Below are positions 8,399-16,311 of a DNA stretch of 32,000 nucleotides, in pieces. Source of the stretch: Schaalia odontolytica (GTDB lineage: Bacteria > Actinomycetota > Actinomycetes > Actinomycetales > Actinomycetaceae); NCBI RefSeq assembly GCF_005696695.1, contig NZ_CP040006.1:540001-572000 (forward strand), given 5' to 3'. The translations under genes were made by a program, and so were the position numbers. Below the pieces are notes generated by a model that was not told the origin of the DNA, ran no database searches, and worked only from the letters and a program-made list of their open reading frames with translations. Position 1 is the first letter of the stretch. Each line of letters starts with the position of its first letter.

Positions 8399-9865
8399 AT
8401 GGCCGAAGATTTTCTCGCGTCCGCCCTCACTGCCGAGGCCTCGTCGCGCGCCCCGCAAGATCCCGACTACCCGCTCTTTCACGTCGCACCCCCGGTGGGC
8501 CGACTGAACGACCCGAACGGCCTCATTGAGATCGATGGGACCTACCACGCCTTCTTCCAGTACACCCCCGAGCACCCGCGCCGCCTCGTCTACTGGGGAC
8601 ACGCCACCTCGACGGACCTGACCCGCTGGGACTACCACGCCCCTGCGATCCTGCCCGACACCCACCAGGACGCGAACGGCGCCTACTCGGGCACGGCCAT
8701 CGAGGTCGGTGACCACGTCGAGCTGTGGTACACCGGCAACTACAAGGACCCCGACACGGGGGAGCGCGAGGCCACCCAGTGCGTCGTCACTACGACAGAC
8801 CTGGTCCACTTCAACAAGCAGGTGCCTCCGATTATCGGCCGCCAGCCGGAGGGGTATACCGCCCACTTCCGCGACCCGCAGGTGTGGCGCGACGCGGACG
8901 GATCCTACCGGATGCTGCTCGGCGTCCAGCGCGAGAACCTCACGGGCGCGGCCCTGCTCTACCGCTCCACGGACCTGCGTGCGTGGGAGTGCGAGGGCGA
9001 GATGACCTTCCCCGACGCCGGTGGCGCCTTCGACGCGTTCGGCTACATGTGGGAGTGCCCCAACCTGGTGCGCCTCGTCGACGAGGATTCGGGTGAGGCC
9101 CACGACGTGTTGATTTTCTGCCCGCAGGGAATTTCGCCCGAGCGCGAGGGATTCGAGAATGTCTTCCCGTGCGTCGCCATCGTCGGCGAGCTCATGAGCA
9201 CCGAGTTCCGGGGCGCGGACGGCTCCTTCGAAGAGCTCGACCGCGGCACCGAGTTCTATGCTCCCCAGATCATGGCGCGCTCCGCGTCCTCGGACCCGGG
9301 GGCACCGACCCTTCTGTTCGGCTGGGCGGGCAATGCGGGCGAGGACGACCAGCCATCGATCGAGACGGGCGGCTGGGTGCACTGCTTCACCGCCCCGCGC
9401 GCCCTCACCCTGCGCGGGGGTCGCGTCATCGCCCGACCGTTCCTTCCGGGCCTGCCCCTGGCGCCCGCCACACTCGAGGGTGCTCCCGGGGACGAGGCCG
9501 GGGCGCGCGTTGTGGAGCTCGCTGGCTCACGCTCGTGGAGGCTTGCCTTCGATGCTTCCTATGAGGAGGCCCTGTCCGTGCGCATCGGCGAGGAGTCTGG
9601 CCTGGCGATCACTCTTGAAGAGGGGCGTCTGACCGTCGACCTGACGGGCACGCGCTACCCCCACGGTGGCCGCCGCGTCGTCACCCTGGAGCCGGGGGAG
9701 ACCAGCCGCGTCGAGATCCTCCACGACCGATCGATCACCGAGATCTACCTGGGCGACGGCTCGCGCGTCTTCACGACCCGCAGCTTCCTGAACGGCGACG
9801 GCTCCGGCGTGACCCTTACGGGCGCCGCTTCCGTGACGAACGTGAGCGCCGCGCGCGCCGACTAA
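8399..9865 (+). CDS. scrB: Sucrose-6-phosphate hydrolase (GH32 beta-fructofuranosidase)
   Basis: GH32 catalytic motifs: RLNDPNGL (nucleophile Asp), FRDPQVW (RDP), MWECPNL (EC acid/base). Adjacent to the sucrose-type PTS and a LacI regulator. ATG 8399 preferred over the TTG at 8327, which would place the terminator hairpin inside the coding sequence. Confidence 0.85.
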   Translation: MAEDFLASALTAEASSRAPQDPDYPLFHVAPPVGRLNDPNGLIEIDGTYHAFFQYTPEHPRRLVYWGHATSTDLTRWDYHAPAILPDTHQDANGAYSGTAIEVGDHVELWYTGNYKDPDTGEREATQCVVTTTDLVHFNKQVPPIIGRQPEGYTAHFRDPQVWRDADGSYRMLLGVQRENLTGAALLYRSTDLRAWECEGEMTFPDAGGAFDAFGYMWECPNLVRLVDEDSGEAHDVLIFCPQGISPEREGFENVFPCVAIVGELMSTEFRGADGSFEELDRGTEFYAPQIMARSASSDPGAPTLLFGWAGNAGEDDQPSIETGGWVHCFTAPRALTLRGGRVIARPFLPGLPLAPATLEGAPGDEAGARVVELAGSRSWRLAFDASYEEALSVRIGEESGLAITLEEGRLTVDLTGTRYPHGGRRVVTLEPGETSRVEILHDRSITEIYLGDGSRVFTTRSFLNGDGSGVTLTGAASVTNVSAARAD

Positions 9866-9877
9866 ACGACCCGCGCG

Positions 9878-9912
9878 CGAGGCCGTGGCTGCTCACAGTG
9901 GCCACGGCCTCG
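9878..9912 (+). terminator. Hairpin downstream of scrB (12-bp stem)
   Basis: CGAGGCCGTGGC (9878-9889), an 11-nt loop, then GCCACGGCCTCG (9901-9912). Followed by TCGTATGT. Confidence 0.5.
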
Positions 9913-9964
9913 TCGTATGTGGGCGGTCTCTCATACTCTGACCTGAGACGATGGCCGACGCACC

Positions 9965-10009
9965 TTGCGTTGAGGACTCTGCCACCCGTAATATGTCAAT
10001 CGATTGCTA
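9965..10009 (+). promoter_or_regulatory. Candidate scrA promoter (TTGCGT-18 nt-TAATAT) overlapped by a LacI-family-type operator TGTCAATCGATTGCTA
   Basis: TTGCGT at 9965-9970 and TAATAT at 9989-9994. The 16-mer at 9994-10009 has a perfect 10-bp palindromic core CAATCGATTG centred on CG, as LacI/GalR operators do. It sits immediately at and after the -10, upstream of scrA. Confidence 0.5.
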
Positions 10010-10076
10010 CACACCGCCCAGCGCGGCGTAACAATGGCGTTGCGCGTGGGGTTTTGAGAAAGGAATGTGGTCGGCA

Positions 10077-12086
10077 ATGGATCACGCCAAGGTGGCAGGA
10101 GAGGTCGTCGAAGCAGTCGGCGGCGCATCCAACATCAGCGCAGCAGCACACTGCGCAACCCGTCTCCGCCTGGTGATCGCGGACGAGTCCAAGATCAACC
10201 AGCAGGCCCTCGATGACAACGAAGATCTGAAGGGTACATTCGCCGCCGGCGGCATGTTCCAGATCATCGTCGGTCCCGGCGATGTTGACCAGGTCTACGC
10301 CAAGATGGTCGCAAACCACGGCGTGCGCGAGGTCTCCAAGGATGAGGCCAAGGAAGAAGCCGAAAAGGGTGGCAACCTCTTCTCGCGCTTCATCAAGATG
10401 ATTGCCGACATCTTCGTTCCGATCCTCCCGGCGCTGGTCGCCGGCGGTCTGATGATGGCCATCAACAACGTCATGACCGCTGAGGGCCTCTTCGGCGAGC
10501 AGTCGCTGACCCAGATGTACCCGGGCATCGCGGACTATGCGGCCCTCATCAACATGGTCTCCTCCGCGGCCTTCGCCTCGCTGCCGGTCCTCGTCGGCTT
10601 CTCCGCCGCCAAGCGTTTCGGCGGCAACGTCTACCTCGGCGCTGCGATCGGCGCCGCCATGGTGTCCTCCGACCTGCTCAACGCCTGGAATACGGGCGCG
10701 GCGCTCGCTGGTGAGGCACAGGTGAGCTACTGGCACATCTTCGGCATGGACGTTGCCAAGATCGGCTACCAGGCGCAGGTCATCCCGACCCTGGCCGTCA
10801 CCTACGTCATGTGCCTCATCGAGAAGAGCCTGCACAAGGTCCTCAAGGGCACCGCGGACTTCCTCCTGACCCCGCTCATCACGATGCTGGTCACCGGCTT
10901 CCTGGCCTTCACGATCATCGGTCCCGTTACCCGCGTGGCCGCCGAGTACCTGACCTGGGGCATTAACTGGACCTACTCGACCCTCGGCGTCTTCGGTGGT
11001 CTTCTCTTCGGCCTCGTCTACAGCCCGATCGTTGTGACCGGCCTGCACCAGTCCTTCCCCGCCATCGAAATCCCGCTGCTGCCCGTCAACGGCGGCGTCG
11101 GCGACTTCATCTTCCCCGTCGCCTCCATGGCGAACGTCGCGCAGGGCGCGGCCGCCCTGGCCGTCTTCTTCAAGACCCGCGACGCCAAGCTCAAGGGCCT
11201 GGCCGGCGCCGGTGGCGCCTCCGCCGTCTTCGGCATCACCGAGCCCGCCATCTTCGGTGTCAACCTGCGCCTGCGCTGGCCCTTCTTCTGCGCCATGGCC
11301 GCTGCTGCCATCGGCTCCGCGGGCGTCGCCCTGCTGAACGTGCGCGGTCAGGCCCTCGGCGCCGCAGGCTTCGTCGGCTTCGTGTCGATCATCCCCAAGT
11401 CGATCCCCGCGTACCTGGCCCTCGAGGTCCTCGTCTTCGTTCTGTCCTTCGGCTTCACCTTCGCCTACGCCATGACGCGCGGCAAGGCCGACATGGAGGG
11501 TCGCGCGCCCGCCGCCAAGGCTGCTGCTCCCGTGGCCGCCGCCGTGGCCACCCCCGCCGCTCCGGCTCCCGCGGCCGCCCCGGCTGCCGCTCCGGCCCCG
11601 TCCTTCAGCGCCGAGGCGCTGGCTGACCTCTCGGTCGCCTCGCCTCTCGCGGGCACCGTGGTTCCGCTCGAGCGGGTCAAGGATGAGTCCTTCGCCAAGG
11701 GCATGCTCGGCCCCGGCATCGGTATCGAGCCCGCCGACGGCCTCGTCGTGGCCCCCTTCGATGGCACTGTGACCGTCGCCTTCCCGACGGGCCACGCCTA
11801 CGGCCTCAAGTCCGCCTCCGGCGTCCAGGTTCTCATCCACGTCGGCATGGACACCGTCAAGCTGGACGGCAAGGGCTTCACGCCCCGCGTCGCCAAGGGT
11901 GATGTCGTGCGCCGCGGCGACGTCCTCGCCGAGGTTGACCTCGACGTGATCCGCGCGGCCGGCTACGAGACCATCACGCCCGTCGTCGTGACGAACAAGA
12001 AGAAGTTCGGCGCGGTGACCCCGGTCGCCAGCGGCGAGATCCAGCGCGGTGACGCGTTGCTCGACGTGGCACCCAAGGAAGCCTGA
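10077..12086 (+). CDS. scrA: PTS sucrose-family transporter, fused EIIB-EIIC-EIIA
   Basis: EIIB phospho-Cys motif NISAAAHCATRLRL. A long polytopic EIIC. An Ala/Pro-rich linker (APAAKAAAPVAAAVATPAAPAPAAAPAAAPAP). A C-terminal EIIA-Glc domain with FPTGHAYGL and VLIHVGMDTV histidines. The start could be ATG 10065 or 10077; MDHAKVAGEVVEAVGG resembles typical ScrA N-termini. Confidence 0.9.
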   Translation: MDHAKVAGEVVEAVGGASNISAAAHCATRLRLVIADESKINQQALDDNEDLKGTFAAGGMFQIIVGPGDVDQVYAKMVANHGVREVSKDEAKEEAEKGGNLFSRFIKMIADIFVPILPALVAGGLMMAINNVMTAEGLFGEQSLTQMYPGIADYAALINMVSSAAFASLPVLVGFSAAKRFGGNVYLGAAIGAAMVSSDLLNAWNTGAALAGEAQVSYWHIFGMDVAKIGYQAQVIPTLAVTYVMCLIEKSLHKVLKGTADFLLTPLITMLVTGFLAFTIIGPVTRVAAEYLTWGINWTYSTLGVFGGLLFGLVYSPIVVTGLHQSFPAIEIPLLPVNGGVGDFIFPVASMANVAQGAAALAVFFKTRDAKLKGLAGAGGASAVFGITEPAIFGVNLRLRWPFFCAMAAAAIGSAGVALLNVRGQALGAAGFVGFVSIIPKSIPAYLALEVLVFVLSFGFTFAYAMTRGKADMEGRAPAAKAAAPVAAAVATPAAPAPAAAPAAAPAPSFSAEALADLSVASPLAGTVVPLERVKDESFAKGMLGPGIGIEPADGLVVAPFDGTVTVAFPTGHAYGLKSASGVQVLIHVGMDTVKLDGKGFTPRVAKGDVVRRGDVLAEVDLDVIRAAGYETITPVVVTNKKKFGAVTPVASGEIQRGDALLDVAPKEA

Positions 12087-12112
12087 GCCTTCCGGGAATC
12101 ACTCCTGACATA

Positions 12113-12155
12113 ACGGGTGGGCGGCACCAGCAGTGCGCTGGTGTCGCCCACCCGT
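12113..12155. terminator. Long hairpin between convergent scrA and scrR (19-bp stem including one G-U, 5-nt loop)
   Basis: ACGGGTGGGCGGCACCAGC (12113-12131), loop AGTGC, then GCTGGTGTCGCCCACCCGT (12137-12155). Followed by CTGTCGTG. Located 27 nt after the scrA stop. It could act in both directions. Confidence 0.6.
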
Positions 12156-12234
12156 CTGTCGTGCCGGTGGTATCGGGCGCGACAATAACCCGGGGCGGCG
12201 GCGAGCGGTCATAGTCCCGCCGCTTGATGCATGC

Positions 12235-13260
12235 TCAGGCGTTGATCGAGCGCCCCTGGATCAGCGTGCCCGAGAACTCGACCGTCTGAGCGCGGGGAGC
12301 CCCGGCCTCGTCGGACGAAGAACGCGGAGCCTTGCCCTCGATCTGATCGAGGAGAATCGACACCGCAGCCCGGGCGATGTCCTCGATGGGCTGGCGGATC
12401 GTCGCCAAGTGGGGGAGGGCGCGGCGCATCGTCTCCGTGCCGTCAAAACCGATGATGGACAGGTCAGAGGGGACCGACAGGTTGCGCGTGCGCGCCCACT
12501 CGAGGACCTCAGCGGCCGCTAGATCGTCGGTCGCGAAAACCCCGTCGATGGGGGCGGCAGCGCGGGCCTCGTCCAGGGCGTCGCGCACCATCGCGAAACG
12601 CTGCGGCGTCGGCGTATCGAACGGCACGGTGACCACGCGAGGGGTCAGCCCTGCGCGCTCGATCTCGGCACGGTAGCCGGCCTCGCGCAGATTGCGCGGA
12701 CCCGAACGGGAGGTAAGCAGCAGGGGATGGCGGCACCCGCCCTCGATGAGCGCGCGCGTCGCCATGGCGCCCGCCTCCTTGTTCGCGCAACGCACGTTCG
12801 GGATGGACGGGCTCAGCTCGCGGTCGATCGTCACCAGGGGCATGCGGATCGCGTCGTACTCGCCCAGGCCCTCGTTGTGGGCGCCCGAAATGATGCCGTC
12901 CACGCGATTGCCGACGAGCAGCGAGAGGTACTCGCGCTCACGGTCCGCCCGGCCCATGGAATTACAGATAAGGATGCGGTAGCCGGCGTCGGCGAGGGCG
13001 TTCTCGACCTCGACGGCGAGCTCGCCGAAGAAGGGGAGGGACACGGCGGGAACAATGAGGCCGACCGTCTGCGTGCGCTTGCCGTGCAGGGCACGAGCCA
13101 ACGAGTTTGGGCGGTAGCCGAGCGTCTCGATCGCGTCGGCGACGTTCTTCTTCGTCTTCTCCGAGAGGTAGCCGCGGTTGTTGAGCACGCGCGACACGGT
13201 CGTCAGGCTTACTCCGGCCAGCTCGGCGACGTCGGCCAGCGTGGGTTCGCGTGAACTCAT
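12235..13260 (-). CDS. scrR: LacI-family transcriptional repressor (probable sucrose regulon repressor)
   Basis: N-terminal HTH: PTLADVAELAGVSLTTVSRVLNNRGYLSEKTKKNVADAIETLGYRPNSLARAL. This is followed by a periplasmic-binding-protein-like sugar-binding domain. Start set at ATG 13260 (MSSREPTL), with AAGGAG 7 nt upstream. The track ORF carries a spurious 45-codon extension. Confidence 0.8.
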   Translation of the reverse strand: MSSREPTLADVAELAGVSLTTVSRVLNNRGYLSEKTKKNVADAIETLGYRPNSLARALHGKRTQTVGLIVPAVSLPFFGELAVEVENALADAGYRILICNSMGRADREREYLSLLVGNRVDGIISGAHNEGLGEYDAIRMPLVTIDRELSPSIPNVRCANKEAGAMATRALIEGGCRHPLLLTSRSGPRNLREAGYRAEIERAGLTPRVVTVPFDTPTPQRFAMVRDALDEARAAAPIDGVFATDDLAAAEVLEWARTRNLSVPSDLSIIGFDGTETMRRALPHLATIRQPIEDIARAAVSILLDQIEGKAPRSSSDEAGAPRAQTVEFSGTLIQGRSINA

Positions 13261-13545
13261 GCGCGCTCTCCTTTCCTTCCCTCGGTACTTCTCCATTGTA
13301 GTTGGTGGGGTGGGAGGCGGTCGATCGTCACATCGGCGAGGCCTGGGGTGGTTGGTGCGCGAGGGTGTCGTCATGGGGTGAACGGGTCGCGTCAAATCTA
13401 TGGTTTTTCGGCATTTATAAGGGTGATGTATCCCATGTCACTGTCCGTGATATCGGGTTTTACCTGGGTATCTCAGCCCGATACCATGGGCCGTACGGGC
13501 ACCTGTGTCTCACGATGGACATACCCGCATTTGAAAGGAACGACC

Positions 13546-13812
13546 ATGATTTCCCGCACCGTTGCAATTGGTTCCTCCGTTGGCCTCCACGCACGTCCTG
13601 CTTCCGTCCTCGCCGAGGCCGTTGACGACTCCGGCGTCGAGGTCACCATCGCTTTCGATGGCGAGGAGGCCGACGCCGCGTCGCTCCTCGAAATCATGAC
13701 CCTGGGCGCCAAGCACGGCGACGTCGTCACCCTGTCCACCGAGGATGATTCCGCGGGCGCGGTCCTCGACTCGCTCGTCGAGCTGCTCTCGCGCGACCTC
13801 GACCAGGAGTGA
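13546..13812 (+). CDS. ptsH: Phosphocarrier protein HPr
   Basis: 88 aa. The active-site His context is VGLHARPAS. The regulatory-Ser region is ASLLEIMTLGA. GAAAGGA RBS at 13533-13539. The track ORF 13348..13812 is 5'-extended. Confidence 0.9.
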   Translation: MISRTVAIGSSVGLHARPASVLAEAVDDSGVEVTIAFDGEEADAASLLEIMTLGAKHGDVVTLSTEDDSAGAVLDSLVELLSRDLDQE

Positions 13813-13816
13813 GCTG

Positions 13817-15499
13817 ATGGCGACGCACGACGTCCTGCACGGCATCGGCGTCTCTGCCGGTACCGCTGCAGCTCCCGCCGCGATCGTCCAGCCCGCCCCC
13901 GGCGTCGACACGACGGAGCCGGGCAGCGTCGACGCTGCCGCCGACGGCGCGCGTGTCCGTGAGGCGCTCGCAGCCGTTTCCGCTCGTCTGAGCGACCGCG
14001 CTGCGAACGCGCCGGAGGAGACGAAGGCGATCCTCAAGGCCACCGCCCAGCTCGCGGGCGACCGTGGCCTGGCTAAGGCCGTTGATAAGAAGCTGAAGAA
14101 GGGCCTCGGTGTCACCCAGGCCGTCCATGACGCTGTCGAGGACTACGCGCAGATGCTGCGCAGCCTGGGCGGCTACATGGCCGAGCGCGCGACAGACCTG
14201 TATGACGTGCGCGACCGCGCGATCTGCGAGCTGCGCGGCCTGCCTGAACCCGGCGTGCCGGCGTTCGATGGCCCCGTCGTCCTCGTGGCGCGCGACCTGG
14301 CACCCGCCGAGACCGCGACCCTGAATCCGGAGACCGTCCTCGGCATCATTACCGAGGTCGGCGGCCCCACCTCGCACACGGCGATCCTGGCCGCCCAGCT
14401 GGGCATCCCGGCGATCGTCAAGGCCGAGGGCATTATGGCTGTCGAGGAAGGCACGATGCTGGCTCTCGACGGTGGCGTCGGCGAGGTCATCGTCGCCCCC
14501 ACCGATAAGGAGGTGGACCTGCTCAAGGAGCGCTCGCGTCGCCGCGCGCTCGCCCTGGCAGGCTCGACCGGCAAGGGCGCGACCTACGACGGCTACCCCG
14601 TCAAGCTCCTGGCCAACATCGGCACGGTTGACGACGCGATGAAGGCCTCGAAGTTTGACCTCGAGGGCTCGGGCCTGTTCCGCACGGAGTTCCTGTTCCT
14701 GGAACGTTCGGAGGCCCCGACGCTGGAGGAGCAGACCGACACCTACACGAAGGTCCTGCAGGCCTTCGGTGACCGTCGCGTCGTCGTGCGTACCCTCGAT
14801 GCGGGCGCCGACAAGCCGCTGAGCTTCGCGGATCTGGGTGCCGAGGAGAACCCCGCCCTGGGCGTGCGCGGCCTGCGCCTGTGCCAGGTGCGAGAGGACC
14901 TCATCGACACGCAGCTGCAGGCTCTGGCCGCCGCCCACAAGGCGACGGGCGCGGAGCTGTGGGTCATGGCTCCCATGGTGTCCACGGCTTCCGAAGCTAA
15001 GTGGTTTGCCGACAAGGCGCGCGGCTACGGCCTGCCCAAGGTCGGCATCATGATCGAGGTGCCCGCGGCCGCCCTGCGTGCCGAGCAGCTCCTGTCGATC
15101 GTGGACTTCGCCTCTATCGGCACGAACGACCTGACGCAGTACACGATGGCTGCCGACCGCCTGGACGGTAACCTGGCACCCCTCCTGGATCCGTGGCAGC
15201 CCGCGGTCCTCGAGATGATCCGCCACGCCTGCAACGGCGGTCGTGCGACGGGCAAGCCGATCGGCGTGTGTGGCGAGGCCGGCGGCGATCCGCTGCTGGC
15301 CCTGGTCCTCACGGGCCTGGGTGTCGCCTCCCTGTCGATGGCTCCGTCGAAGGTCAACGCCGTGCGCGCCGCCCTGCGCATGCACGACCTGGCGACCTGC
15401 CAGCAGATGGCCGCCTTCGCGGTGGATGCCCCCAGCGCGAAGGAAGGTCGTGAGAACGTCCTGAAGCTGGTGGCTCCGGCGATGCTGGATCTGCTCTGA
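13817..15499 (+). CDS. ptsI: Phosphoenolpyruvate-protein phosphotransferase (PTS Enzyme I)
   Basis: Phospho-His motif GGPTSHTAILA. PEP-utiliser TIM-barrel motifs (GLFRTEFLF, FASIGTNDLTQY, GVCGE). AGGAG sits 7 nt before ATG 13817, and the start lies 4 nt after the ptsH stop. Confidence 0.95.
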   Translation: MATHDVLHGIGVSAGTAAAPAAIVQPAPGVDTTEPGSVDAAADGARVREALAAVSARLSDRAANAPEETKAILKATAQLAGDRGLAKAVDKKLKKGLGVTQAVHDAVEDYAQMLRSLGGYMAERATDLYDVRDRAICELRGLPEPGVPAFDGPVVLVARDLAPAETATLNPETVLGIITEVGGPTSHTAILAAQLGIPAIVKAEGIMAVEEGTMLALDGGVGEVIVAPTDKEVDLLKERSRRRALALAGSTGKGATYDGYPVKLLANIGTVDDAMKASKFDLEGSGLFRTEFLFLERSEAPTLEEQTDTYTKVLQAFGDRRVVVRTLDAGADKPLSFADLGAEENPALGVRGLRLCQVREDLIDTQLQALAAAHKATGAELWVMAPMVSTASEAKWFADKARGYGLPKVGIMIEVPAAALRAEQLLSIVDFASIGTNDLTQYTMAADRLDGNLAPLLDPWQPAVLEMIRHACNGGRATGKPIGVCGEAGGDPLLALVLTGLGVASLSMAPSKVNAVRAALRMHDLATCQQMAAFAVDAPSAKEGRENVLKLVAPAMLDLL

Positions 15500-15519
15500 T
15501 TTGACGCTTCTGACAAGCG

Positions 15520-15565
15520 AACGGGGTGGGCCCGGGAACCAATCGGTTCCCGGGCCCACCCCGTT
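15520..15565. terminator. Strong intrinsic terminator between convergent ptsI and the membrane-protein gene (21-bp perfect stem, 4-nt loop)
   Basis: AACGGGGTGGGCCCGGGAACC (15520-15540), loop AATC, then GGTTCCCGGGCCCACCCCGTT (15545-15565). Followed by TGTGTGCGTGTTGT on the plus strand. Confidence 0.75.
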
Positions 15566-15588
15566 TGTGTGCGTGTTGTACGTCCGCG

Positions 15589-16296
15589 TCAGTCCCTGCG
15601 GATTGCGTCGGCCGGGTTGGGGGCGGTCGGTGTGCCCGCGCCCTGCTTCGGAGTCTTCTTGGAGCTTCCCGAGAAGAGAGCCGTGAGGATCAGGATGACG
15701 CCGAGGATCGCGATCGCGCTGATCCCAATGACCGGCAGATTGAGGTTCGTGATGTAGGCCTCGGTGATGAGGAACGCGCCCACCATGCACACCAGGAGAG
15801 CCCACACGAAAGAACCGACGCGCACGCCCCTGCGGGGGGCCTCGGGCAGCGGGTAGGTGGCACCGAGGCCACTTTGTGCGCTCCACGTTTGGGCACCCGG
15901 GGCAGGTGAAGCGCCCGTCCTTGCCTGAGCGCCGGTGGCGGCCCCGGCCTCGTGACCCCGAGGAGTCGACTCACCCGTGGAGGCCGGATCGAAGGCCGTG
16001 CGTCCGCTCGTGCCTACAGAGCCAGCGGGAGTGCCAGCCTGCGCCTGTGAACCCTGAGTGCCCGGTGCGCCCGCCTGGCTCTCAGCGCCAGCGTCTGCCC
16101 GAAAGGGATCGGCAGGCATCTGCGTTGTCGGGGCGTCGCGGAAGATCGCGAGCGGGTCCGAGGAGAGGTCCGGCGACGAGGTCGGCATCTCGACGGTCGC
16201 ATCCTGGCCGATGGAGGGGGCGGGAGTCGTCGGCAGCGGCGTCGTCACGTCGAATTCGGGCAGCTGGGTGGTCTGATCGTCGTTCGAGGTAGTCAT
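15589..16296 (-). CDS. Hypothetical membrane protein: long disordered Pro/Thr/Gly/Ala/Gln-rich N-terminus plus two C-terminal TM helices. Co-transcribed downstream of the PspC-domain gene.
   Basis: ATG 16296 with GAGGAAGG about 10 nt upstream, and 15 nt after the PspC-gene stop. TM segments VGSFVWALLVCMVGAFLITEAYI and LPVIGISAIAILGVILILTALF. I recognise no family signature. Confidence 0.55.
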   Translation of the reverse strand: MTTSNDDQTTQLPEFDVTTPLPTTPAPSIGQDATVEMPTSSPDLSSDPLAIFRDAPTTQMPADPFRADAGAESQAGAPGTQGSQAQAGTPAGSVGTSGRTAFDPASTGESTPRGHEAGAATGAQARTGASPAPGAQTWSAQSGLGATYPLPEAPRRGVRVGSFVWALLVCMVGAFLITEAYITNLNLPVIGISAIAILGVILILTALFSGSSKKTPKQGAGTPTAPNPADAIRRD

Positions 16297-16311
16297 GGTC
16301 GTGGTCCTTCC

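Noticed and set aside
13727-15886. A 719-aa minus-strand ORF antisense to ptsI. Similar antisense ORFs lie at 22977-24950, 9996-11840, 6426-8252, 3085-4488, 8249-9382, 25715-26758, 26380-27780 and 18074-19330.
   Set aside because: All are antisense to genes with diagnostic motifs (PtsI, PcrA, ScrA, MetG, the ABC permeases, ScrB, SucC, SucD, the kinase). All have R/G/A/D/H-rich low-complexity translations and cross gene boundaries.
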